Source: Patescibacteria group bacterium (lineage in GTDB: Bacteria; Patescibacteriota; Minisyncoccia; Phycocordibacterales; Phycocordibacteraceae). Taken from it: DNA of 56,043 nucleotides. Numbering within the stretch: position 1 is the first letter of the stretch; each line of letters opens with the position of its first letter. The DNA lies in the NCBI GenBank assembly GCA_018971045.1, contig JAGWVF010000008.1:1-56043 (forward strand), written 5' to 3'. A program made the translations under genes and the position numbers. The notes under the pieces were generated by a model. The model made no database searches. It worked only from the letters and a program-made list of their open reading frames with translations, and was not told the DNA's origin. This document shows, in pieces, positions 46,216 through 56,043 of the stretch.

Positions 46216-46698
46216 ATGAAGAGCGTCTTGATTAAAAACGCGGCGCGGTCTGCTCTTGGCAGACCGCGCCGCGTGTATTCGATAATCGCTGAAAAACAGC
46301 TTCCGGGATGGGAACTTTCGCTGGCATTCGTGGGACCCGCAAAGGCCAGAAAGCTAAATGAGTCATTGCGGCAGAAAACGTACGTGCCGAATGTCCTCTC
46401 CTATGCCGTCGGCAAGAAAAGTGCCGAGATTATCATCTGCCCGAGCATAGCCAAGACGGAGGCGCCGGCGCACGCGCTCAGTGAAAAAGATTTCATACTC
46501 TATCTCTTTATCCACGGTGTACTGCATATCAAAGGATGGGCGCATGGTGATAGGATGGAATCATGCGAACGAACGCTGATGGCGCAATATGCCAGCGGCG
46601 CTGCGCGTGCCGTTTCTCATGGCGCGACGCATAGCCACCGGCATCGATATCGGGACGTACCAGGTAAAGATGGTCGTCGTCGAGGAACTCTCCGATAA
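46216..46698 (+). CDS. ybeY: rRNA maturation endoribonuclease YbeY
   Basis: LN...R.K....NVLSY, IHGVLHIKGWAH zinc motif. Confidence 0.88.
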   Translation: MKSVLIKNAARSALGRPRRVYSIIAEKQLPGWELSLAFVGPAKARKLNESLRQKTYVPNVLSYAVGKKSAEIIICPSIAKTEAPAHALSEKDFILYLFIHGVLHIKGWAHGDRMESCERTLMAQYASGAARAVSHGATHSHRHRYRDVPGKDGRRRGTLR

Positions 46699-47779
46699 GC
46701 ACGGAGGGAGAAAGCTGCGCCGCATTATCGGCACCGGCCTCGCGGAGTCCAGAGGGCTCCGCCATGGCTATATCGTCAATAAAGAAGAAGTGACCGCGAG
46801 TATCCAAGAGGCCAAGCGGCAAGCGGAGGCGACCGCGCGCGTACCGATCAAGACCGGCTTTCTGGCGATCGGCGGCATCTCGCTTGACGAAGCTCGAGCT
46901 ACGGGATTTTCGATCATCTCGCGCGCTGATCAAGAAATCACCGCGCTCGATCTCGAGAAGGCCGGAAAAGCCGCGCGCGAGGCGGCCGCGCCCGGTTTTC
47001 TCAATCGCCGCGTCCTCCACAGCATTCCTGTCGAATATCGCATTGACGGGAATAAGGTGCTGGGCGACCCGCTCGGAATGAAGGGCGTTCGCCTCGAGGT
47101 TGATTATCTTTTCGTAACTTGCCTCGCCCAGCATGAAGAGGCGCTCGTTCAAGCGGTGGAAGAAGCGCAGATCGACATCATCGAGCAGATGGCCTCTCCG
47201 CTCGCGGGCTCCAACGTACTCCTTGAAAGAGACCAGATGATGAAGGGCTGTCTCCTCGCGAACATCGGCGCCGAAACCGTCTCGATCGTCGTCTATGACG
47301 AGGGCATTCCTATCTCCGTCAAGGTATTCCCGATGGGCTCAAGCCACATCACCGACGATATCGCGCTCGGCTTGCGCATTTCGCTCGAGGAAGCCGAGCG
47401 CGTGAAGCTTGGGCGGCTCACCGGACAAATGTACCCGAGAAAAAAAGTGGACGACTTTATCGGTAGCCGCCTGAGCGCCATCTTCGCGCTCATTGAAAAA
47501 CATTTGAAGTCGCTTAATCGGCGCGGCCCGTTGCCCGCCGGCATCATTATTTCCGGCGGCGGCGCGGGCGTGGGGTCGATTAGCGACATCGCGCGCGGCG
47601 CCTTAAAGCTTCCCGCGCGCCTCGCCGAGGTGCGCATTTCTCCCGACACCAAGATCCGCGACGCAACATGGGCCGTCGCCTACGGTCTCGCGCTCTGGGG
47701 AATCGCCGGAGATACCGACGCTCCGAAGAAACGCATCGGTTCCTCCGTCAAAAAATTCTTCCAGCAATTTTTGCCGTAA
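46619..47779 (+). CDS. ftsA: Cell division protein FtsA
   Basis: GIDIGTYQVK, SRGLRHGYI, DPLGMKG.RLE, NIGAET, AERVK, SGGGA; directly upstream of ftsZ. Confidence 0.92.
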   Translation: MARRIATGIDIGTYQVKMVVVEELSDKHGGRKLRRIIGTGLAESRGLRHGYIVNKEEVTASIQEAKRQAEATARVPIKTGFLAIGGISLDEARATGFSIISRADQEITALDLEKAGKAAREAAAPGFLNRRVLHSIPVEYRIDGNKVLGDPLGMKGVRLEVDYLFVTCLAQHEEALVQAVEEAQIDIIEQMASPLAGSNVLLERDQMMKGCLLANIGAETVSIVVYDEGIPISVKVFPMGSSHITDDIALGLRISLEEAERVKLGRLTGQMYPRKKVDDFIGSRLSAIFALIEKHLKSLNRRGPLPAGIIISGGGAGVGSISDIARGALKLPARLAEVRISPDTKIRDATWAVAYGLALWGIAGDTDAPKKRIGSSVKKFFQQFLP

Positions 47780-47852
47780 ACGGCGAGTTTTATTCACTTT
47801 TTTGTCAATATTTGCATTTGGTTGCCGTCTGGTATGATGGCGGCACTACTCT

Positions 47853-49112
47853 ATGTCGAAGCGCGTTGAACCAGAGGTCGAGACATTTGCGCGAATTCGT
47901 GTCGTTGGCGTGGGCGGATCGGGTAAGAACGCGATCAACCATATGATCACCTCCAAGGTGCACGGCGTCGAATTCATCGCCGTGAACTCGGACGCGCAGG
48001 ATCTCCATCGCAGTCTCGCGAAGAGAAAGATTCATATCGGGAAAAACCTGACGCGAGGACTCGGTACGGGAATGAATCCGGAGCTTGGCCGCCGCGCGGC
48101 CGAAGAGACGCGCCAAGAGATCCAAGAGGCGCTCTCGGGGAGCGATATGGTCTTCATCACCTGCGGGATGGGCGGCGGTACGGGCACCGGTGCGTCCGCC
48201 ATCGTCGCGAAGATCGCGAAGGAAGTCGGCGCGCTCGTGATCGCGGTCGTCACCAAGCCGTTCTCCTTTGAAGGCGCCCATCGCAAGGAGATCGCCGAAC
48301 GCGGCCTCGCCGAGCTTAAGAAAGAAGTGGACGCCTACATCGTGATCCCGAACGACAAGCTTCTCTCCATCGTCGACAAAAATACGTCGGCCAAGAGCGC
48401 CTTCGCCTTCTGCGATGAGATCTTGCGCCAGGCGGTTGAGGGAGTCTCGGACATCATCACGACTCCGGGCGAGATCAATACCGATTTCAACGATATCAAA
48501 GCGATTATGGAAGGAGCCGGTCCGGCGCTTATGGGTATCGGCATCGCCGAGGGCGACGATCGCGCGCGCGAGGCGGCGCATCAAGCGGTCAATTCCCCTC
48601 TTCTCGACGTCTCGATTACGGGCGCCAAAGGCATTCTCTTTGTCGTCGCGGGCAATGAAGATCTCGGCATTATAGAGGTTCAAGAGGCCGCGAAGGTCAT
48701 CAATGAATCCGTGGATAAGAACGCCAAGGTTATTTTCGGCATTATGCGCGACGAGAAGCTGAAAAAAGGACAGATCCGTATCATCGTTATCGCGACCGGC
48801 TTCCCCGAGAGCGCGACCGCGCAGAACGCATCCGGCGGCTTCGAGCGATCTCTCTTCATGGCTCCTCCCGAGAAGCGCGAGGAGGAGCGGAATCGCATCT
48901 ATCATGAGGTTCTGAAGCGCGACGATAAGCTCGCTGACGATAAAGCGCACCCGAAACCGGAAGCGAAGAAGGACGAACTCCCGACGGTAATTGAAAAAGA
49001 AGAACCGATCGTAACGGCGCTTCCCCACAAACGCGACGAACTTCCGGTCGTCCCCGAAGACGACGAATCGTGGGGAGCTATTCCCACCTTTCTTCGCCGC
49101 CACAAGAAATAA
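47853..49112 (+). CDS. ftsZ: Cell division protein FtsZ
   Basis: GVGGSG.NA, GGGTGTG signature, C-terminal IPTFLRR. Confidence 0.97.
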   Translation: MSKRVEPEVETFARIRVVGVGGSGKNAINHMITSKVHGVEFIAVNSDAQDLHRSLAKRKIHIGKNLTRGLGTGMNPELGRRAAEETRQEIQEALSGSDMVFITCGMGGGTGTGASAIVAKIAKEVGALVIAVVTKPFSFEGAHRKEIAERGLAELKKEVDAYIVIPNDKLLSIVDKNTSAKSAFAFCDEILRQAVEGVSDIITTPGEINTDFNDIKAIMEGAGPALMGIGIAEGDDRAREAAHQAVNSPLLDVSITGAKGILFVVAGNEDLGIIEVQEAAKVINESVDKNAKVIFGIMRDEKLKKGQIRIIVIATGFPESATAQNASGGFERSLFMAPPEKREEERNRIYHEVLKRDDKLADDKAHPKPEAKKDELPTVIEKEEPIVTALPHKRDELPVVPEDDESWGAIPTFLRRHKK

Positions 49113-49125
49113 TAAGGAAAAAGAA

Positions 49126-49156
49126 AAGCCTCCGAAGAGACTTCTCTTCGAGGCTT
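49126..49156. terminator. Hairpin terminator after ftsZ
   Basis: AAGCCT...CGAAGAGA-CT-TCTCTTCG-AGGCTT between convergent genes, A-rich on the left. Confidence 0.65.
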
Positions 49157-49514
49157 AGAGACGTTGGCGTATGCACATGAACGCCAGCGCCAGTAATCCG
49201 AGGGGGTTGCTCAAATAGAACGCTCCCCGCCCTACTCCTTCGAGATATCGAAGCCGACGCAGTAGCGACGTTCCACTGAATCTTTTCCGACACTCGACGA
49301 CGACGACGCTCGCCGTCATAACAGCGATGAAAGCCAGCATAGCTATCATCATAGGAAAGAAATCAATAAATCGATCGATGACAATTCCGTCGCCGATCCA
49401 CCAAACGATCAACCCGAGTCCGGGTAGAACAGTCAGAAACAGGAACCCGCCAAGCGCCGTCAGCCATGCGAAGAAGACCCTCGCCGTCAGCGACGAAACC
49501 TCAAACGTACCCAT
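49155..49514 (-). CDS. Hypothetical membrane protein
   Basis: Three hydrophobic segments; AAAGGAAA upstream of ATG 49514. Confidence 0.55.
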   Translation of the reverse strand: MGTFEVSSLTARVFFAWLTALGGFLFLTVLPGLGLIVWWIGDGIVIDRFIDFFPMMIAMLAFIAVMTASVVVVECRKRFSGTSLLRRLRYLEGVGRGAFYLSNPLGLLALAFMCIRQRL

Positions 49515-49840
49515 GCTATTTCCTTTCAGGTTGTGCTCTTCATTGAAAGAGCTGTTTGGGAGATCCTGCCTTAAACCATACCATATATTCTGATGATTTA
49601 CAATCTCGTTCTCCCACACTCGACTGCGTATGTGCCATACCCGCTCATATTAGCGGAGTGGTGCGATTACTTATGGAACTCGCAAGAAAAACAGAGCTTT
49701 TGACTCTGCTCATCCCATATGACTCCTAGGGCTGTCGCCCTCTCCTAACGACTCTCGCTTTGTATGAAAAAGCAAAAGGCCCGCACGCGGAACCCTTTGC
49801 AGGGTCGTGTGCAGACCTTGTGACGCTTGGAGCCTCCCGG

Positions 49841-50443
49841 CTAGAACGTCTTGACCCTCGTGATCAACAGTTCCGCCTGGCGGGCGCGGTCGATGATGGC
49901 ATCGATCGCCTTGGGCGGTCGTTGCAGTCCGCGGAGGTATTCGCGCAGACGTCCTTCGGCCAAGTACCAATGGCGATGCCGGTCGGCCATCATCCACACG
50001 TAGATCTCGCCAGCAAGCGCGAGGATCTTTGCCGAGGCGTAGGCGATGAGGACGGGTGCCCCAAGGCTCACGAGGCCTTCCTTCTCGAAGAGAAGGAAGT
50101 AACCCATGACTGCCATGATCGCCGTGTTGGCCATGAACGAGAACGTCCACGACCGCACGAGCGGCTTCACAGCATACCCGCGCCACGTAAGCCCGAAGTC
50201 TGGGATCACGGGGGCTCGCGCCATCTGGTTGACGCGCTCGCGCACGCCATAGCCGTTGAACCTCAAGTTCGTGAGGATCCCCAGGTAGAAACTCACCTGA
50301 GTAACCAGGAAAAAAATGATCACGGTACTCTCGCTCCAGCCGTGTGGCGGGTAGTTCTGCACTACCAAGCCAATGGCGATGAGTACGATAAATGCGATGT
50401 TTTTGTGGATCAAGAACAGCGTCGTGGCCTTGCTTTGGTCCAT
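49841..50443 (-). CDS. Hypothetical 4-TM membrane protein
   Basis: GGAG upstream of ATG 50443; four TM segments. Confidence 0.65.
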   Translation of the reverse strand: MDQSKATTLFLIHKNIAFIVLIAIGLVVQNYPPHGWSESTVIIFFLVTQVSFYLGILTNLRFNGYGVRERVNQMARAPVIPDFGLTWRGYAVKPLVRSWTFSFMANTAIMAVMGYFLLFEKEGLVSLGAPVLIAYASAKILALAGEIYVWMMADRHRHWYLAEGRLREYLRGLQRPPKAIDAIIDRARQAELLITRVKTF

Positions 50444-50591
50444 GTTTTGCTCCAAGAGTTGAGAAAGGATCCGACCGACGAATTCGGTCTATTCTTATTA
50501 TAGCATATCTATAATCTATTTGTCAACCCCTCCGTTTCTCTTTCGAGGGCGCGGATATTCCTCTTTTTCGTAGTCTGCTATACTGCAACGC

Positions 50592-51515
50592 ATGAATGAC
50601 CTCATTATTATCGGCGGCGGACCCGCTGGAGTCGCCGCCGGCGTCTACGCCGCGCGCAAGCACTTGAAAACAGCGCTCATTACCGGGGAGATCGGCGGAC
50701 AATCGGTCGTGTCCGAAGGCATTGAGAATTGGATCGGCTCGTCGAAGATCAGCGGCGCCGATCTCGCGAAATCGTTTATCGCGCATCTCGACGCGGTCAA
50801 AAACGATCACGTAAGCGTCCACGCGGGAGAACGTATTCAAACGCTCCAGAAAAACGCGGACGGATCGTTCACCGCGGCCGGCATGAATAACCACTACTCC
50901 GCGCGTTCGATACTCGTCGCCTCGGGCGCCGGCCGCCGCAAGCTCGAGGTCCCCGGAGCCGCAGCATTCGAGAACAAAGGGGTTACCTATTGCGCCTCCT
51001 GCGACGGTCCCCTCTTTAGCGGAATGGATGTCGCCGTGATCGGCGGCGGAAACGCCGGCTTCGAGACGGCGCTTCAGCTTCTCGCCTACTGCAAATCAGT
51101 CACGCTCCTGCATCGCCATAAAGAATTCAAGGCCGATCCGATCACTGTCGAGAAAGCGCGCGCGCATCCCGCGATGCGCATCATCGCGAACGCCGAACCG
51201 GTCGAGGTGACGGGCGATGTCTTCGTTACCGGCATGAAATATCGGGACCGAAGCACCGGTGAGATCCATGAACTGAAGGTGGCCGGCATTTTCGTTGAGG
51301 CGGGCGTACTCCCCAATACGAGTTTCGTCCAAGAAATGCTCGAACTCGATGACGTGAAGCGGATCAAGGTCGACCCGCGCACCCAGCGCGCGAGCGTCGA
51401 AGGAATCTGGGCCGCGGGCGACTGCACCGACGAGCTCTACCATCAAAACAATATCGCGGCCGGCGACGGCGTAAGGGCGATCGAGGATATCTACCTTTGG
51501 ATCAAGAAACGATAG
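50592..51515 (+). CDS. trxB: Thioredoxin reductase / AhpF-C-terminal-like FAD oxidoreductase
   Basis: IIGGGPAG, KGVTYCASCDGP, VIGGGNAG, WAAGDC. Confidence 0.85.
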   Translation: MNDLIIIGGGPAGVAAGVYAARKHLKTALITGEIGGQSVVSEGIENWIGSSKISGADLAKSFIAHLDAVKNDHVSVHAGERIQTLQKNADGSFTAAGMNNHYSARSILVASGAGRRKLEVPGAAAFENKGVTYCASCDGPLFSGMDVAVIGGGNAGFETALQLLAYCKSVTLLHRHKEFKADPITVEKARAHPAMRIIANAEPVEVTGDVFVTGMKYRDRSTGEIHELKVAGIFVEAGVLPNTSFVQEMLELDDVKRIKVDPRTQRASVEGIWAAGDCTDELYHQNNIAAGDGVRAIEDIYLWIKKR

Positions 51516-51516
51516 C

Positions 51517-52251
51517 ATGACGCACTCGCCGCGCATCTCGATCATTATTCCAACGCTCCGGGAGGCGCCGTTTATCGGCCGGACGCTTGAGATATTGCGG
51601 CAGATCGAGATGCCGCACCAGATCATCGTGAGCGACGGCGGGAGCACCGACGGGACGCTCGATATCGCGGCGAAGTACACCGAAAATATCGTCGTCTGGA
51701 CGCACCCCCAACGGCAGACCTTCGGCCAGGCTAAGAATGCGGGAGCCGCGCTTGCGACCGGAGAATTTCTTGTCTTCATTGACGCGGACGTGCACATTCC
51801 CTCTCCGCAATCGTTTTTTGAAACGATGCTTTCCGTCTTTGACGCCGACCCGAAGCTTCTCGCGATGACCGTTCCTTTGAAACCGTGGGAGGATAATCGT
51901 TCGTGGGTCGACGCGCTCTTCTGCACCCCGTTGAACGCGTATTACATCATCGCCAACAATGTATTCCATTCGGGCAATGCTTCCGGAGAATTCCAAATGA
52001 TCCGCCGCGAGCCGTTCCGCCGCATCGGCGGCTACCACGAGAAGCTTGCCGCCGGCGAGGATAACGAAATCTTCCGGCAACTCGCGATCCACGGCCGGAC
52101 GCTCTCGTACTCACGCCTGTGTGTGCGGCACTCGCTCCGCCGGCCGCACAAGCTCGGCTGGCTTCGAACCTACGGCATTTGGCTTAAAAACGGCTTCTCG
52201 ATCGCGCTCCGAGGCCGCTCCGCCTACAAAGAGTGGTCTGTCGTACGCTAA
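51517..52251 (+). CDS. Glycosyltransferase family 2
   Basis: ISIIIPT, DGGSTDGT, FIDAD, GED. Confidence 0.9.
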   Translation: MTHSPRISIIIPTLREAPFIGRTLEILRQIEMPHQIIVSDGGSTDGTLDIAAKYTENIVVWTHPQRQTFGQAKNAGAALATGEFLVFIDADVHIPSPQSFFETMLSVFDADPKLLAMTVPLKPWEDNRSWVDALFCTPLNAYYIIANNVFHSGNASGEFQMIRREPFRRIGGYHEKLAAGEDNEIFRQLAIHGRTLSYSRLCVRHSLRRPHKLGWLRTYGIWLKNGFSIALRGRSAYKEWSVVR

Positions 52252-52264
52252 GACAGACGGACGA

Positions 52265-53308
52265 TTAGCGCTCCGCGGCTTGATGGGCGCGGATAGGCGC
52301 GAGATTTTTTATAAACGCCTCGATCGAGTGATTCCATGAATAGTGGAGCGCTTTCGTGCGGCAGGCGTCGCGAGAGAGCGAGAGGCACTTGATCGCCGCG
52401 TCGGCGAGATCGTCGCCGAGATAGCCGTCAACGCCGTCGGTAATGATATCCTTCGGACCCATCACGTTATACGCCGCGACGGGTATTCCGCAGGAGAGCG
52501 CCTCGAGAACCACGAGACCAAAGGTCTCGGTCTTCGACGGAAAGACGAACACGTCGCAGGCCGAGAGCTGGTCGATAAACTTCTGCAGATCGGCATTGAC
52601 GTCGTACTTCCCCAAGAAATGGACGTCGGGGTATTTTTCCTTCAGCGTTTTAAATACGGCATGCGGCTCCGCGCCTATCACCACCTTAGTGCCAGGGAGA
52701 TCGAGTCGCAAGAAGTCCTCCGGACTCTTCTCGATCGCCAGCCGGCCGTAGTAGACGAATACCGGCTTCGTAAATGGGGTGGCGGGCGGCGAAGGATTGC
52801 GCACGAATCGCTCCGTATCGACGCCAAGCGGCACGATAACGACATTCTGATAACCCTGCGACTCGAGTTGTCGCTTGAGCGTCTCGGTCGTAACAAGCGT
52901 GCGCTCGCCGAGCGAATGGAAGCGGCGCAGGAGCGCGTTCGCCAAACCCAAAAACGCATGCAGCCGGACGTCCGTATAGAGCTGCAGATTGGTGTGATAC
53001 CACGAGGTAAACGGGATCTTCTTCTCTTTACAGACCGAGCGCGCCGCCCAGCCCAAAGGCCCCTCGGTCATCAGGTGGATCGCATCCGGATCGAACTCGC
53101 GTATGAGCGACGCCACGCGGCGGCGCGCGAAGATCGCGAGATGGATCTCGGGATAGGTCGGGAGCGCGACGGTGCGAAAGAGCTCAGGATGGATCACTTT
53201 GACCTCATAGCCGCGCTCCGAGAGAAAGGCGATAAATCGGTTGAGTACCACCGTTACGCCGTTTTTTTGCGGAGCCCACGCGTCGGTTACGAGCAGGATT
53301 TTCTTCAT
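52265..53308 (-). CDS. Glycosyltransferase family 4 (GT-B)
   Basis: TDAW.PQ.NGV, TEGPLG, GRLAIEK, FPSKTETFGLVVLEALSCG. Confidence 0.92.
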   Translation of the reverse strand: MKKILLVTDAWAPQKNGVTVVLNRFIAFLSERGYEVKVIHPELFRTVALPTYPEIHLAIFARRRVASLIREFDPDAIHLMTEGPLGWAARSVCKEKKIPFTSWYHTNLQLYTDVRLHAFLGLANALLRRFHSLGERTLVTTETLKRQLESQGYQNVVIVPLGVDTERFVRNPSPPATPFTKPVFVYYGRLAIEKSPEDFLRLDLPGTKVVIGAEPHAVFKTLKEKYPDVHFLGKYDVNADLQKFIDQLSACDVFVFPSKTETFGLVVLEALSCGIPVAAYNVMGPKDIITDGVDGYLGDDLADAAIKCLSLSRDACRTKALHYSWNHSIEAFIKNLAPIRAHQAAER

Positions 53309-53940
53309 ACGGTCGTCGTGTCGCGGAGTGATCGATCTTCGATCTGTTTATCCCGGCTCAAGAGCTTCGCGCGGATCCTCCATACTGCGATATAGTAGAC
53401 CGTGATGAGCAACGCCATCGCTCCCGCGACGTAGCCGACATTACGCACAATAAGCCCCGCCTGCCCTCCAAAGCTCGCACCGAGGAAATATCCGGCAAAA
53501 AGGAGCGTGCCATACTGCAATATCGCCACGATAAATCCGTAACCGAAGAATAAGCGGAGCGGCATCCCGATCATGCCGGCGACCACGATAAACGCCGTCG
53601 CGATTCCGTAAGAGAGCTTGCCGATAAACATCGTGATCCACGGCCGCCTATCCCAGATCGTCCGCACATCGTCGAGGTGATCATCGGTGATACCGATCCG
53701 CGCGAGCATCCGCTCGGCAAACGGCGTGCGGCCGCCGAAATAACCGATGGCGTAGTACACCGCATCGAGCCCCATGTCGCGGACGAAAAAGAGGACGGCG
53801 AGCGCGTAGATATTAAAAAAGCCGACCGCCGCGAGTGTTCCCGCGACGAACGCCACGATCGGCCCCTCGATAAGCGAGAGCGGAATTAAAATCCAGTACT
53901 TATATTGGAGGATGAGGCTCGTGATGAAATCCGCCGACAT
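53305..53940 (-). CDS. DedA/VTT-family membrane protein
   Basis: IEGP....AG.LA..G, D..YY.IGYFGG, F.GK..YG......AG pattern; ATGA overlap with the GT4 gene. Confidence 0.8.
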   Translation of the reverse strand: MSADFITSLILQYKYWILIPLSLIEGPIVAFVAGTLAAVGFFNIYALAVLFFVRDMGLDAVYYAIGYFGGRTPFAERMLARIGITDDHLDDVRTIWDRRPWITMFIGKLSYGIATAFIVVAGMIGMPLRLFFGYGFIVAILQYGTLLFAGYFLGASFGGQAGLIVRNVGYVAGAMALLITVYYIAVWRIRAKLLSRDKQIEDRSLRDTTTV

Positions 53941-54025
53941 ACTATCCCACAAGTATACTACGGAGACAAAAAGGATGAGCGGGCCGCTCGGATAAGAAAA
54001 AGCCGATCATCGGCCTGTACCGTGA

Positions 54026-54100
54026 TGGTGACCCTACGGGGAATCGAACCCCGATTTACGCCGTGAAAGGGCGCTGTCCTAACCGTTAGACGATAGGGCC
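54026..54100 (-). tRNA. tRNA-Glu(TTC)
   Basis: GGCCCTA/TAGGGTC acceptor, GCGCC-CTTTCAC-GGCGT, encoded CCA. Confidence 0.95.
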
Positions 54101-54108
54101 GCAGACAT

Positions 54109-55758
<1,650 letters not shown>

Positions 55759-55784
55759 ATATTTGCTTTTAGATTGAAACAAGA

Positions 55785-55915
55785 GACAAATCCGCCCAGT
55801 TCGCCCTGCCCATTCCGTCCCAATTCGTCGCGGAGCGACGGGCTCTTTTGCTCACACCCGCGCCTTCGGCGCGGGCTTCTTCCCACCTTTCGGATTCAGA
55901 AGTTTCTTTCTGCGG
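55785..55915 (-). repeat. 131-bp inverted repeat, right copy
   Basis: GACAAATCCGCC...GTTTCTTTCTGCGG; starts 26 bp upstream of the recombinase ATG. Confidence 0.95.
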
Positions 55916-55979
55916 TGATGTATTAGCCTTTGCGCGAACTCACTTTGCACGCGCGGAGCGCGTCGTGGCTTTGAATTGA
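55785..55979 (+). other. Silent alternative recombinase C-terminus (no start codon of its own)
   Basis: Reads DKSAQF...SEVSFC (identical to the recombinase) then GDVLAFARTHFARAERVVALN*. Confidence 0.7.
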
Positions 55980-56043
55980 ATCATACGCTCCGATTGCGCC
56001 TCGGACACGCTCGCGGACTCGCGTGTGCAAAAACCAAAAAATT

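Noticed and set aside
47805-49103. 432-aa minus-strand ORF
   Set aside because: Antisense shadow of ftsZ.
49621-49645. Resemblance of GTATGTGCCATACCCGC to the hairpin near 1018-1039
   Set aside because: Match is short and gapped; cannot be distinguished from chance by eye.
49760-50503. 247-aa plus-strand ORF
   Set aside because: The opposite-strand ORF has an SD site and clear TM pattern; this one looks like its shadow.
52343-53395. 350-aa plus-strand ORF
   Set aside because: Antisense shadow of the GT4 gene.

Overview
High-GC chromosomal segment whose gene content (VirB2-like pilin array, N-terminally short IF-2, HisRS paralog, few SD sites) points to a Patescibacteria/CPR genome, probably Parcubacteria-like; this assignment is inferred. 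The left edge is the right end of an IS30-family element. Positions 0.2-24 kb are mostly accessory, envelope and metabolic genes: GNAT, VOC, PAP2s, an Ig-repeat surface protein, mscL, SET, CofE-like, P1B ATPase, a cysteine-synthase-like/PanD-like pair, GH130x3 plus a PMM-like HAD, PIF1 helicase, a pilin-lysozyme fusion and tRNA-Trp. Positions 24-53 kb are largely core genes (rpmG, clpB, iscS-like, infB, rbfA, four tRNAs, gyrA, rpsA, pth, lepB, rpsU, ybeY, ftsA, ftsZ, trxB-like) plus a six-gene pilin array. The most striking feature is at the right end, after tRNA-Glu and tRNA-Ser. A large serine recombinase gene at the 3' end of tRNA-Ser(CGA) is bracketed by a perfect 131-bp inverted repeat (54239-54369 / 55785-55915) that encodes part of its own C-terminus. 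Flipping the cassette would swap the protein tail (antisense-tRNA tail vs CGDVLAFARTHF...) and place the gene behind the tRNA promoter. Second: a PanD-like pyruvoyl decarboxylase with its aspartate beta-carboxylate pocket remodelled, next to a divergent cysteine-synthase-family enzyme. All calls are by eye; no searches were run.
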